This document shows positions 17,908 to 28,109 of a DNA stretch of 34,835 nucleotides, piece after piece. Origin of the DNA: Bacteroidales bacterium (GTDB taxonomy: Bacteria > Bacteroidota > Bacteroidia > Bacteroidales > Prolixibacteraceae). Position 1 is the first letter of the stretch. Every line of letters starts with the position of its first letter. Location: NCBI GenBank assembly GCA_038209805.1, contig JBBQXI010000001.1:1-34835 (forward strand), written 5' to 3'. The notes under the pieces were generated by a model. The model was not told where the DNA came from and made no database searches. It saw nothing but the letters and a program-made list of their open reading frames with translations. The translations under genes were made by a program, and so were the position numbers.

Positions 17908-18837
17908 TTGAATAACTTACTCGACATACAGCAGTTTCAGCAATTTGATAACCTTGAGTTTATCTCGAAAGAGGTAGTCGAGGGTTTTATTACCGGTCTG
18001 CATCGAAGTCCGTTTCATGGTTTTTCGGTTGAATTTGCTGAGCATCGATTGTACAACACAGGCGAATCGACCAAACACCTCGATTGGAAATTGTTTGCCC
18101 GCACGGATCGTTTGTTTGTTAAACAATACGAAGAAGAAACCAACCTCCGCTGTCAGATTGTAATCGACACTTCGTCGTCCATGCTTTTCCCATACGAAAA
18201 GGGGAAAGTATCAAAAATCAATAAACTGGCTTTTTCTGTTTATTCGGCTGCTGCTATTATTTATTTGCTCCGGAAACAGCGCGATGCAGTTGGACTTTCG
18301 CTATTTTCCGATGAAATCGAGTTTCATTCTGAAGCCCGTTTGTCATCAGTTCATATCGATTTGTTGTACAATCAACTGGGTAATTTGCTGCGTCAGGAGC
18401 AGGCGCAATTGCAGAAAAAGACCAACACGGTTGATGCTTTACACATGATTGCCGAAAATATTCACAAGCGCTCGCTGGTTATTCTTTTCAGCGATTTAAT
18501 TGAACAGGAAAATACCGATGAATTGTTTGAGGCCTTGCAACACCTGAAATACAACAAGCACGAAGTGTTGCTTTTTCATGTAACCGACCACCGTCAGGAA
18601 AAGGAATTCGATTTCAGGAATCAACCCTATCGATTTGTGGATCTCGAAACCGGCGAGCATCTACGATTTTCGCCCAACGATCTGAAGAAAAACTACGAAA
18701 TAGCGATGGCCAACTATTTCGAAGAAATGCGCGTACGCTGCGGTCAATACCACATCGATCTGGCTGAGGCCGACATCAACGAAGATTTTAAGCATGTGCT
18801 TTACACCTATTTGCTGAAGAGGAAGCGGTTGTATTAA
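17908..18837 (+). CDS. DUF58 domain protein (vWA-like)
   Basis: VEGFITGLHRSPFHGFSVEFAEHRLY, DWKLFART, YEEETN and IDTSSSM. TTG start. Confidence 0.9.
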   Translation: MNNLLDIQQFQQFDNLEFISKEVVEGFITGLHRSPFHGFSVEFAEHRLYNTGESTKHLDWKLFARTDRLFVKQYEEETNLRCQIVIDTSSSMLFPYEKGKVSKINKLAFSVYSAAAIIYLLRKQRDAVGLSLFSDEIEFHSEARLSSVHIDLLYNQLGNLLRQEQAQLQKKTNTVDALHMIAENIHKRSLVILFSDLIEQENTDELFEALQHLKYNKHEVLLFHVTDHRQEKEFDFRNQPYRFVDLETGEHLRFSPNDLKKNYEIAMANYFEEMRVRCGQYHIDLAEADINEDFKHVLYTYLLKRKRLY

Positions 18838-18860
18838 ATACAATTCCACCAAAAGATTTC

Positions 18861-21080
18861 TTAAAACCAGTACCCAAAGTTCGCCGAAAAGCTAGGTTTA
18901 TTAGTCGAATCGGAATATCCAAGTGTAATATCAAGTGGACCAATAAAAGTCTTTAAAGCGTATTTTATACCTCCTCCATAAGTTGTGCTTACATTTTTTA
19001 ACCCCAACGATTCGTTGCCTTGAACCATGGCGTTAAAAAGAATTGAAAGATATTGTGAATCAGCAAAATTAAACCGGAGGCCAATTAACCCGATGTTTAC
19101 ATACCGATCGGCAAAGCTTATTGCCGAAAGTCCGACAAATGGTAAATGATAATTGAAATATTGTGAATAAGGCTCACCTCCGATCATGGTGGTTTTGGTT
19201 GGTGGATAATCGGAATTGAATAAACTACGTCCATAAATATCAATAAGTAATGCTGTTTTTTGTGATAAGGGAATTACATTGCGACTTTTGTAAAGAAGTA
19301 CAGGACTCAGTTTGTTGGAATTTTTCCAATCGGTTATCATCGAAAATTCGGCATACGAATTTGAGCCCCTTGTCGGGAAATAGTAATCATCCATGTTGTC
19401 AAACGACAGGTAAGAATAGCCGCTGGTGAGGAATTGATCTATTTGGTTGCTAACAGTCAACGAAGTATTGTTCTTACTAAAAATATCGCCGTCGTAATAT
19501 TCTTCCTGAAGTCCAAGTCCCAAATGAAACTGTTTCATAAATGGTTGGTACACGTAAATTGCTCCTGAAGAATAGCGAATATTGGCCTCAAAAGCCTTTT
19601 TACCTTTGTCGAACACATTGTAATTTTGGTATTTGCCTTTTAAGTTGATTCCCAAAGTTGGAACATTTGTCCGATTTGATTCAGCAACCAGAATTATTCC
19701 CGGATTAACCGATAATTCTACGCTGGCCGACAATAATCCAAAGACATTTTTATAATTCTTTCGTGTTGTGTTAACCAGAATGGCGGCAGCATCGGTTGTG
19801 TTGGCTTTAAACCCAATATTTTGGGTGAAGACTTCCTGGGTTGAAATATTAAAGTTCAGGGTTTCGCCATTTCCGGTATCAATCAAATTGTAGAAAACCC
19901 GATCGAAGCCACCCAATCCGTATAACTTATCGATGGCCGTTTTTATTTCTACCGAAGAATAATCTCCGGGAATCTCCATGTTGAGTGTTTTTTGCAGGAA
20001 TTCTTGTTCGAGATGAAAATTACCTGTAAAAGTTAGTTTGTTAATGTGCCATCTATTGGTCTGAACAAGAGTTCTTGAGATTTGCCTCGGTTCAAGTTCG
20101 TATTTCGTTTTAAGTTGCCTGAGTTCAGTTCTGAAATTACGAGTAGCTTTTTCACCTCTCAAAATCAAGGTATCAACTGCTTGGTTATTGAAGCTTGAAA
20201 CTGAATATCCGCTTACATCTGGCTTGATAATAAGGTTGCATAGGCTTTTGTTAATTGAATCTTTCGATTTGTCAAAGAAATTGACCAATTGGCTCAGCAC
20301 GCCATTAATTGATTTTAGATTCATCTGATCACGAAAATCGCCTCGGATATCGACTCCAATAATAATATCGGCACCCATTTTCTTTGCAACGTCGGTTGGA
20401 AAATTATTAACAATACCGCCATCGACCAAAAGACGCCCATTGTGGCTGACCGGCTGAAAAGCCAGTGGAATAGCCATGCTCGAAAACATGGCGGTTGGTA
20501 AAAACCCGTCTTTAATAATCACTTCGTCACCGGTTTCAAGGTCAGTAGCTACACAAGCAAAGGGTATTGGTAATTTCGAAAAGTCGGCATCAGAAGGAAC
20601 ATTTCCGGCTAAGCCACAAAAGATATTCAGAACGTTCTGTCCTTTAATTAATCCTTGGGGCAGGCTGAGTTTCCGGTCTCCACTGATCGGAAGCGAAAAC
20701 ATATAGCGCTGCTTGATGAGTTGATCGTTTTTTGAGAGAAAAGCTCTTTGTACGTCGTCAGTAAGAACTGTTTCCCAATTTAATGATTTGACTAAAGTCT
20801 CTAACTCTGAAGAATTGTAACCAAGCGAGTAGATGCCGCCAACCAAACCGCCCATGCTGGTTCCAACGATCATGTCAATTGGAATGCCTTCTTCTTCTAA
20901 AACTTTCAGTACGCCAATGTGAGCAAACCCTTTTGCCCCGCCACCACTTAAAACCAATGCAATTTTCGGCCGGCCTGTTTTTTCAGGCTTTTCCTGTGCA
21001 TTGCCGGTAAATGGATAAGTCAGGGATAAGCTGAACCCCAGAATACTCAGGATTGACACTTGGATAAATTTCTTAATCAT
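18861..21080 (-). CDS. Patatin-like phospholipase with POTRA and Omp85-like barrel (PlpD-like)
   Basis: Signal peptide, LSGGGAKG oxyanion motif, GTSMG nucleophile and DGG catalytic motif, ending in a beta-barrel C-terminus (FGYWF). Confidence 0.88.
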   Translation of the reverse strand: MIKKFIQVSILSILGFSLSLTYPFTGNAQEKPEKTGRPKIALVLSGGGAKGFAHIGVLKVLEEEGIPIDMIVGTSMGGLVGGIYSLGYNSSELETLVKSLNWETVLTDDVQRAFLSKNDQLIKQRYMFSLPISGDRKLSLPQGLIKGQNVLNIFCGLAGNVPSDADFSKLPIPFACVATDLETGDEVIIKDGFLPTAMFSSMAIPLAFQPVSHNGRLLVDGGIVNNFPTDVAKKMGADIIIGVDIRGDFRDQMNLKSINGVLSQLVNFFDKSKDSINKSLCNLIIKPDVSGYSVSSFNNQAVDTLILRGEKATRNFRTELRQLKTKYELEPRQISRTLVQTNRWHINKLTFTGNFHLEQEFLQKTLNMEIPGDYSSVEIKTAIDKLYGLGGFDRVFYNLIDTGNGETLNFNISTQEVFTQNIGFKANTTDAAAILVNTTRKNYKNVFGLLSASVELSVNPGIILVAESNRTNVPTLGINLKGKYQNYNVFDKGKKAFEANIRYSSGAIYVYQPFMKQFHLGLGLQEEYYDGDIFSKNNTSLTVSNQIDQFLTSGYSYLSFDNMDDYYFPTRGSNSYAEFSMITDWKNSNKLSPVLLYKSRNVIPLSQKTALLIDIYGRSLFNSDYPPTKTTMIGGEPYSQYFNYHLPFVGLSAISFADRYVNIGLIGLRFNFADSQYLSILFNAMVQGNESLGLKNVSTTYGGGIKYALKTFIGPLDITLGYSDSTNKPSFSANFGYWF

Positions 21081-21090
21081 GGTATTTTGA

Positions 21091-21339
21091 TCAACAATAT
21101 GAATTGACTTTAAGCTTTCTTTTTACAAAATTCACTGTGCTACCTGTCGTTTCCAGTTCGATGTAATCACTTTCTACGATATTTATTTTAAAGTAAGAGC
21201 CGATATAAAAGACCAGACAATTAAATTGAAAATCCTCAAAATTAAAATCGTTTACAAACGAGGCATCCATCCTTATCTCTTGTTCAGGCAATCCCATATA
21301 CTTGAATATCTGCGAAAATTTGTAATCTATGATGTGCAT
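21091..21339 (-). CDS. Acyl-carrier-protein-like protein lacking the conserved Ser
   Basis: ACP pattern EI..DASF.ND...F.INI...LET.G..VNFV, with the DSL motif replaced by EDF. Confidence 0.7.
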   Translation of the reverse strand: MHIIDYKFSQIFKYMGLPEQEIRMDASFVNDFNFEDFQFNCLVFYIGSYFKINIVESDYIELETTGSTVNFVKRKLKVNSYC

Positions 21340-21396
21340 ATTTTCAGTTCTTTAAAGTTATTGACTAAATTTTTATTTAACGTCCTTTTCGATGCA

Positions 21397-22023
21397 TTAG
21401 TATGAAGAATTTTGTTTGTGAAAATCTTTCATCCCCTTCATTAGGTATATATAGTAAGTATCAATCTTGCTGTTTTGACTATAAACGATGCAAGAGTCTT
21501 CCTTTAGGATTGACCTAAAACTTGCTTTAACTTCCGGACTAATTTTTATTTGGTCAACAAATATTCCAGTTTTATCAGAGTTCCTGAATTGCTCAATTCC
21601 GGGCCAGAGGTCAAATTGAGTCATGCGCGAATTCAGGTTCAGTAAGTATGTTTCAGGTTGACCTTTTTGATAAAACCAAAGTTCGGATGTGATATGGTAA
21701 TTTGAAGAAAAGACATAACAGCTTGCTGGTGGGAGTGAATTCTTCATGCTATCAACCTTTGCAGCCAGTTGCGACCAACCGATCATTTTGTTGGCCGGAT
21801 TATGCTTTCCAAGGGGGGTAATTGTATTTTTAGGTGAAGTCAAACCAATGAACAAGAAAAAGGCAGCCGTCATCACGAGAATAATGCGCAGGTTGAACTT
21901 TAATCGGTGATCAGCTTGGGCCTTAACTCTGATGGAGGCGCTCTCTTTCTTCACCACTTCCTGTTTTTGTTGGCAACTGGCCATCGCAATCAGGATGGCA
22001 AATAAAAATAGATTTGGTTTCAT
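21397..22023 (-). pseudogene. Probable chimeric ORF: lipoprotein/RND adaptor N-terminus fused to a GT39/ArnT-like C-terminal fragment
   Basis: Lipobox MAS-C17 plus QQKQEVVKKESASIRVKAQ, then one TM helix and GWSQLA...NYHITSELWFY...RMTQFDLW. Confidence 0.5.
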
Positions 22024-22046
22024 ATTGTTAATTGTAAAATGATTTA

Positions 22047-22106
22047 AATACTAAACGACCGGTATGTAAGTTTTATTTGTTTAATGCATACTGAACGATT
22101 GGTATG
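22047..22106. promoter_or_regulatory. Two TetR-type operator candidates
   Basis: AATACTAAACGACCGGTATG (22047-22066) and CATACTGAACGATTGGTATG (22087-22106). Confidence 0.75.
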
Positions 22107-22150
22107 TGAGAGGCGCGTTTTAACGATTTGTTTGTTTGATTTCCTTTATT

Positions 22151-22741
22151 TTATGGCTTTTTCAACAGTTTATAAAACTCTAAATTTTGATCTTTAAGTA
22201 AACGGATAGATTCATCAACCGAATTATTCAGGACAAGGTTTCCTGCAAGTCCCATATTAATTGAAAAGAAATTTGTGGCAATCAACGAAACATTGATGTC
22301 GGCTCTGATCTCACCTGATTTTATGGCATTTTCCAAAACCCTTTTGGTTTTTTCAATTTCATTGTTTATAAAATCACCTTTTAATTTGGAATAACCCGGA
22401 TAATGACGAAATGCATCAGTGAACATTGACATGTAATTGATCGGTGTAAAACCCAGAGTAAGGCTGAACAGTTTTTTGATGATTTTTTCTGCTTCAGAGG
22501 TGGTGAACTGAATGTATTCAGACAAACTGATTGTCTCAGTGTCAGCAAGCATTTCAGGAATATGAAGATATTTATCAACTACCGATTTAAAGAGTTCTTC
22601 CTTATTTTTGAAATGATGATACAATGCTCCTTTGGTAAAACCAATGGCCTTACTAATGTCGCTGATTGAAACTGCTTCGTAGCTGTGATTAAAGAACAGC
22701 TTAAAAGCTTCTTCGATGATAAAATCCTTTGTGTTTTCCAT
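22151..22741 (-). CDS. TetR/AcrR family transcriptional regulator
   Basis: IIEEAFKLF...SISDISKAIGFTKGALYHHFKNKEELF HTH and GEIRADIN. Confidence 0.95.
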   Translation of the reverse strand: MENTKDFIIEEAFKLFFNHSYEAVSISDISKAIGFTKGALYHHFKNKEELFKSVVDKYLHIPEMLADTETISLSEYIQFTTSEAEKIIKKLFSLTLGFTPINYMSMFTDAFRHYPGYSKLKGDFINNEIEKTKRVLENAIKSGEIRADINVSLIATNFFSINMGLAGNLVLNNSVDESIRLLKDQNLEFYKLLKKP

Positions 22742-22746
22742 TCTTA

Positions 22747-22766
22747 CATACTGAACGATTGGTATG
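22747..22766. promoter_or_regulatory. TetR autoregulatory operator candidate
   Basis: CATACTGAACGATTGGTATG, identical to 22087-22106, lies 5 nt upstream of the tetR ATG. Confidence 0.8.
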
Positions 22767-22847
22767 CAAATCGTAGATTCTATTTTCAGAAATAGAAGAG
22801 CAATGTGAGAATTTAGTTGAAACTATACAAAAAATTAACAAATGGAC

Positions 22848-23912
22848 TTATTTTCCAGCCGGAAACAAATCGCAGCTGATGGGGTAATGATCGGAATGAT
22901 TAAGCGAGGAAACCTCGAAATTGTAGCTGGTAAATTTGGGGCTGTATAAAATGTAATCGATTCGGAACGATGGTAGCTTTCCGTTGTATGTATTGGCTGT
23001 TCCTTTTCCTGATTCAGTAAACGAATCTTTCAGATCGCCTCGAACAGTGCGGTAAGTAAATGAAACTGGAGTATCATTGAAATCGCCGCAAACAATCACC
23101 GGGTAAGGGCATTGATTCAAATGTTCACGTAATGTAGCAGCCTGTTCAGCTCTTTTGATAATGGCATCTTTGAATTTCGCGCTCAATTCCTTTATTTGAG
23201 TCATCGTTTTCTTCTGGTTTTCAAAATTCATCGAGTCGATTGAATTGATTTCGGTAGGGCGTAAGCGGTACGATTGCAAATGACAATTATAAACCCTTAC
23301 CGTATCTGAATTCAGCAAAATATCGGTATAAATAATCATGTTCCCCGAATTTTTGAACCTGATCTCACCCATGTTCAGGATTGGAAAGCGGGTTAGGGTC
23401 AGTTGGCCTCCGGCATGGCTGGTGTGAGCCAACTGCATATGACTGATTGGAGTAAGTTTGCTATTCGCCACATCAAAGATTTGTCGTTTATTGAGTCGGA
23501 CTTCCTGAAGGCAAATAATATCGGCATTATTTTGTCGCAGATAATCCAAAATATGATCAGCATTTTCCTTGGTCGGAAACTGATTGCTTCCCATAAAATA
23601 TTTCACATTGTAACTGATAATCTTAATCCCCTTTTCCTTTGTTTGCTGCCCATAGAATTGCAGATAGTTGCCGATTTGGTTATATCCGGACAAAATAACA
23701 ACGAGAGATAAAAGCATGAATACAGGCTTGATAAATATCCATAATACGATAAAAATGAGATTTATAACCAGAATGTATGGATATGCCATTCCGAACAAGG
23801 CAGCAAACCAAAGCTTTTCGGGGCTTAAAAAAACTGATATTGTTGCAAACACAAGTGCAGATGCTGCTATCAGATTAAAAAGCAAAAGGGTATATACAAA
23901 AAATTGTTTCAA
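22848..23912 (-). CDS. Membrane-anchored endonuclease/exonuclease/phosphatase family protein
   Basis: Three N-terminal TM segments, SYNV, ADIICLQE, CGDFND, RIDYI and SDHYP. TATATTTG promoter element at 23964-23971 (minus). Confidence 0.9.
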   Translation of the reverse strand: MKQFFVYTLLLFNLIAASALVFATISVFLSPEKLWFAALFGMAYPYILVINLIFIVLWIFIKPVFMLLSLVVILSGYNQIGNYLQFYGQQTKEKGIKIISYNVKYFMGSNQFPTKENADHILDYLRQNNADIICLQEVRLNKRQIFDVANSKLTPISHMQLAHTSHAGGQLTLTRFPILNMGEIRFKNSGNMIIYTDILLNSDTVRVYNCHLQSYRLRPTEINSIDSMNFENQKKTMTQIKELSAKFKDAIIKRAEQAATLREHLNQCPYPVIVCGDFNDTPVSFTYRTVRGDLKDSFTESGKGTANTYNGKLPSFRIDYILYSPKFTSYNFEVSSLNHSDHYPISCDLFPAGK

Positions 23913-24045
23913 CGAGATTGTGGTTTAGATTCCAACTTCACATTTAATCGCCTGCTCCTTCAACAAATATAGGAAAATATTGCCTTGGTATGTTGCTACA
24001 TTGAAACCAGAAAAACAATGAAAATATTGCGATAGAAGAAGGAAA

Positions 24046-24894
24046 TCACCCGATAAATCGGCATCCAATCATCCGGTCTTTACCGTGAATATCTTTTTTT
24101 AGCACAATTTTCGAAAAGCCCTTCTCCTGAAGAATGTCACAACATTCGCGCCCAAAAGCTTCGTTGATTTCGAAGTATAATTTGCCTCCGGCTTTTAAAT
24201 GGATTTTTGCAAAATCTGCAATTCGTTTATAGAAAAGAAGAGGATCGTTATCCAGAACAAACAAAGCCAGATCTGGCTCGAAATCCAGAACATTCTTTTC
24301 CATTTGCAATTTCTCCGATTCGCGAACATAAGGCGGATTACTCACAACTATATCCAATTCAGGAAAATCGACAGCAGGGATTTGTTTCAGAATATCATAT
24401 TGAATTACAGAAACTTTAGCAGAATTTAGCTCCGAGTTTCGTTTGGCTGTTTCGAGACAAACAGGCGATATGTCGCAGGCTAAAACTTTTGATTGAGGTA
24501 TGTTTCTCTGAAGCGAAATAGCAATACATCCGCTGCCGGTACCCATATCCAGAATGTATGGTATCAAGCTTTTATTTTCCTGAATGATCCATTGCACCAG
24601 TTCTTCGGTTTCGGGTCGTGGAATCAAAACTCTTGGGACGGTATAAAAAGGTAACCCATAAAATTCAGTCATTCCCAGAATGTACTGGATTGGTTCTTGA
24701 TTTTTAAGTCGGGTTAAAATTCCTTCAATTTTTTTTCGTTCATCATCGTTGAGTAGCTCTTCCTGTGCAAGTAAAAACTGTGTGCGCGAGTATCCTTTCA
24801 ACTTTTCGAAAATCAGGAAAATCAGGCTTTCAATTTCGCCCTTAGCGTAGATTCCTGTCAATTCTTTTCGGATGGATGCGATACCTGCCTTCAT
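24046..24894 (-). CDS. prmC: Release factor glutamine N5-methyltransferase
   Basis: EPIQYILG, VLIPRPETEEL, LDMGTGSGCIA, VSNPPY and KDIHGKDRM. Confidence 0.95.
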   Translation of the reverse strand: MKAGIASIRKELTGIYAKGEIESLIFLIFEKLKGYSRTQFLLAQEELLNDDERKKIEGILTRLKNQEPIQYILGMTEFYGLPFYTVPRVLIPRPETEELVQWIIQENKSLIPYILDMGTGSGCIAISLQRNIPQSKVLACDISPVCLETAKRNSELNSAKVSVIQYDILKQIPAVDFPELDIVVSNPPYVRESEKLQMEKNVLDFEPDLALFVLDNDPLLFYKRIADFAKIHLKAGGKLYFEINEAFGRECCDILQEKGFSKIVLKKDIHGKDRMIGCRFIG

Positions 24895-24930
24895 TTATTG
24901 CTATTTTTGGCAAAGTTAACTTTTTCGCTG

Positions 24931-25968
24931 ATGAGTACTTCTACAATTTTTATGCAACGGTGTCTCGATCTGGCACTTCTCGGAATGGGCGATGTGGCTC
25001 CCAATCCGATGGTGGGTTGCGTAATTGTTCATAACGGTATAATTATTGGCGAAGGTTATCACGAAAAATATGGGCAACCTCATGCTGAAGTGAATGCCAT
25101 TCGATCAGTTAGAAATCAGGAATTGCTCACTCAATCAACTTTGTATGTTTCGCTTGAGCCGTGCGCACATTTTGGCAAAACACCTCCCTGCTCTGATTTG
25201 ATCATTGAAAGCCGGATTCCTAAAGTGGTAATAGGAACCATCGATCCGTTTGCAGCAGTTGCCGGCAAAGGAATTGAGCGCATGCAAAAAGCAGGAATTG
25301 AAGTGGAAGTAGGTCTTTTGGAGAAAAAATGCCGAACGATTAACCGCCGGTTTTTCACTTTTCACGAACTAAAACGTCCGTATATTATCTTGAAGTGGGC
25401 GCAAACGCTCGACTGTTTTATCGATACAGATCGTACCGAAACGAAACATCCAACCTGGATTACCAACGCGCTGGCCAAACGATTGGTTCACAAACAACGT
25501 TCCGAAGAATCGGCCATTTTGATTGGTACAAATACGGCAGAGTATGATAATCCGGCGCTAACGGTGCGCGAATGGACAGGTTCACAACCCATCAGAATGG
25601 TGCTTGACCGCTCTGGACGACTAAACCAAAACCTGACTATTTTTGATGGCAAAGCTCCAACCTGGGTTTTTACCGGGATTGATCAGCCAGACCTGGAAAA
25701 TCCAAAATTCATCAAACTCGATTTCAACCGGAATATTTTGCCTCAAATGATGGATGAGCTATACAGAAGAGACATTCTTTCCGTGATTGTTGAGGGAGGA
25801 AGTGAATTGCTTAACAGTTTTCTGGAAATGAATTTGTGGGATGAAGCGTTTGTGTATACCGGAAATCAATTCTTCGGGAAAGGAGTAGCTGCTCCTCACA
25901 TTTCAGGAAAAACCATTGCCTACCGAAAGTTAGACGATTGCAAACTGCATGTTCTGAAGAGAAAATAA
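24931..25968 (+). CDS. ribD: Bifunctional riboflavin biosynthesis deaminase/reductase
   Basis: PNPMVGCV, HAE, LEPCAHFGKTPPC and reductase VEGG. ATG at 24931 is preferred over TTG at 24898. Confidence 0.95.
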   Translation: MSTSTIFMQRCLDLALLGMGDVAPNPMVGCVIVHNGIIIGEGYHEKYGQPHAEVNAIRSVRNQELLTQSTLYVSLEPCAHFGKTPPCSDLIIESRIPKVVIGTIDPFAAVAGKGIERMQKAGIEVEVGLLEKKCRTINRRFFTFHELKRPYIILKWAQTLDCFIDTDRTETKHPTWITNALAKRLVHKQRSEESAILIGTNTAEYDNPALTVREWTGSQPIRMVLDRSGRLNQNLTIFDGKAPTWVFTGIDQPDLENPKFIKLDFNRNILPQMMDELYRRDILSVIVEGGSELLNSFLEMNLWDEAFVYTGNQFFGKGVAAPHISGKTIAYRKLDDCKLHVLKRK

Positions 25969-25976
25969 TTTGGCCA

Positions 25977-28040
25977 TCAGAACGAGAATTTGAGAAACAA
26001 TTCCACATTTCTTCCGGGTCGGTTAATGCGACCCCAATCCAAATGATCGTAATAAGCTTTGCTCAAAAGATTCGAAATTCCCCCGCCAAAATCTGCAACA
26101 ACATGCCTGAAATGAAAGGCGTAACCTCCTTTTACATGAAAAATGGAATATGCCGGACTTGTAGTTTCTCCATAATTTTTATTGATACGTTTTTGAGCCA
26201 GCGACGACTCATTTTCAAGCTGAACTGAGAGATTCTCCTTTTTATATTTGACCGAAACTATATTTTTCAACGGTGGAATTAACGGAATGGGTTCTCCTGA
26301 ATTTAACTCCCCAAAAGTAAATTTGGTGATCATGAAAACGGAAATCGCTTTGACCGGAGAATACAATAAATCCAGATCGGTGCTGAATAGCCGAGCGGAT
26401 GGAATATTTGAATATACGCGAGTTCCGTTTGTGTAGAAATTCATTGGAGGAATGTCCAGATTGGTGATTCCAAAAATATAATCGTGCACAAAACTTAACG
26501 ATTGACTTAGATTAATTTTTAAGTTGCTTTTTGCCAGTTGAATTCCTATCCGGATAAAATCTGACTTTTCGGTTTTGATGTAAGGATTCCCGATGTAGTC
26601 GTAACCGTCGTAAGCATTGTACAGATAAAATCCCAATCGCTCGGTAATGGTTGGCAGACGCTCCGAATAACCCAAAGTCGCATTTGCCGAAATGTATTTC
26701 CCCAAGCTGTATTGCGACGAAAGATTCAGGCTTTTTACCAGCCGGTTTTGCTTTTTGGCAAGCGAGTAACCAAATACTGAAAATTGCTGCTGTCCGTATT
26801 TCGATTGCAAAACATCCAGACTGTAATCGAGCCTTCCGTTTACGGTAAACTGAAATTTATCCGAAACAAATGTGGTATTCTGTAGGAAAATGCCTGAAAC
26901 ATTGCGGAGCATTTCGGGCCATGTTTGCATGTACATGGGTGGTTCCGGTCCGGTTGACTTGCGGTTCATGTGCATGGTCATTTCGGCTAGTGAATGATTG
27001 GTGTAATTGTCAACTTTCAGGCTCAGCTTGTTCTTCGGGTTCCAAAATCGTTCCGCCTGAAGATATGTTCCGAAGGTCGTGCTTCGTCCGGGCATATCCA
27101 TGCGCATGTAAACAGCGTCGTTTTTCCCCGTTGTGTTGTTTGTCAGGTAGAAAGTACTGTCGCGTTTTGAGTCGTCCATTACATGAAGAACCGTATTAAA
27201 ATAAATTTTTGCCTTCAGTTTTGTTTTTGCATCTCTTCTGAATTCTAGTGCGACAAGCGTTGCCTTTGCTTTCGAAACGTCCATTGGTAAAGCCGGATAG
27301 CCAACATTGCGAGCCAGATCGTACAAGAAATCAGCCTTTAGGAAACTTTTTGGAGATGTCGTGTATTTCAGTACCGAATGAATGTTGGTTTTTTCGAATT
27401 GCGAAAATGGAATAAGTTGATTGTTCCCGTCGCGGTAATTTTCGTTTTTGCGGTACACGCCGTCTATTCCCCAAGCCCAATTGTTTTTACTTAGTCCTGA
27501 AGAAAAAAGTACATTCCGGCCACGAGACACCGATTCATAGCCAAAACCAACGGATATAAAAGGAATATCGGAGCTGGTTTCTTCCGGTTCCTGAAGGGTC
27601 ATATCAACAGATCCGCCAATGTTGCAGCCATTTATACTTCCATTTGTACCCTGATTGATAGAAATATTCTTCAAATTTGTGGGTTCGATGTACGAAGTTA
27701 CCGGATCCATTTTGTCGGTGCAGGCGCCAAACATTTTCATGCCGTCGATCGTCACATTCAGTTGCCCTCCTGAAAAACCATGAAGCATGGGCTCCATTGC
27801 ATATGCGCCGCGCTTTATGAGCGACATGCCTTCCATTCGTGCATTTATGTTGTCGATGGTTGCAAAATGGTTGGTGCGGTAATAGTCGAGCAAATCCTTG
27901 TTGCCCAGCGGCAGGTTTGCCGATACAACTACCTCGTTCAGGCTAATTGTATCTGGTAACATATCAGTTTTGTCCGGCATTTGCGCCATTGAAATGAAAG
28001 GCAAAAATGACAGCAGAAGCATTTGGTAAAGCTTGTTCAT
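25977..28040 (-). CDS. TonB-dependent receptor, OprC-like (probable copper transporter)
   Basis: Signal peptide, LNEVVVSA, plug motif GACTDKMDP (CxxxM), barrel HVM (HxM), Met-rich segments and C-terminal PGRN...FSF. Confidence 0.8.
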   Translation of the reverse strand: MNKLYQMLLLSFLPFISMAQMPDKTDMLPDTISLNEVVVSANLPLGNKDLLDYYRTNHFATIDNINARMEGMSLIKRGAYAMEPMLHGFSGGQLNVTIDGMKMFGACTDKMDPVTSYIEPTNLKNISINQGTNGSINGCNIGGSVDMTLQEPEETSSDIPFISVGFGYESVSRGRNVLFSSGLSKNNWAWGIDGVYRKNENYRDGNNQLIPFSQFEKTNIHSVLKYTTSPKSFLKADFLYDLARNVGYPALPMDVSKAKATLVALEFRRDAKTKLKAKIYFNTVLHVMDDSKRDSTFYLTNNTTGKNDAVYMRMDMPGRSTTFGTYLQAERFWNPKNKLSLKVDNYTNHSLAEMTMHMNRKSTGPEPPMYMQTWPEMLRNVSGIFLQNTTFVSDKFQFTVNGRLDYSLDVLQSKYGQQQFSVFGYSLAKKQNRLVKSLNLSSQYSLGKYISANATLGYSERLPTITERLGFYLYNAYDGYDYIGNPYIKTEKSDFIRIGIQLAKSNLKINLSQSLSFVHDYIFGITNLDIPPMNFYTNGTRVYSNIPSARLFSTDLDLLYSPVKAISVFMITKFTFGELNSGEPIPLIPPLKNIVSVKYKKENLSVQLENESSLAQKRINKNYGETTSPAYSIFHVKGGYAFHFRHVVADFGGGISNLLSKAYYDHLDWGRINRPGRNVELFLKFSF

Positions 28041-28054
28041 AAGAGATAAAGTGA

Positions 28055-28103
28055 AGGGGCTGTTTCAAGGTAATGTTAAAACAATACCATTAAAACAGCC
28101 TCT
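28055..28103. repeat. Intergenic hairpin between the lipoprotein and receptor genes
   Basis: AGGGGCTGTTT...AAACAGCCTCT with inner GGTA/TACC pairing. Confidence 0.55.
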
Positions 28104-28109
28104 TTGTGA

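Noticed and set aside
17908-18837. DUF58 gene without a neighbouring MoxR ATPase
   Set aside because: A lone DUF58 gene after dnaE-trxA appears ordinary for Bacteroidota.
24895-24930. Very short divergent prmC-ribD spacer
   Set aside because: This is a common compact arrangement in this phylum.
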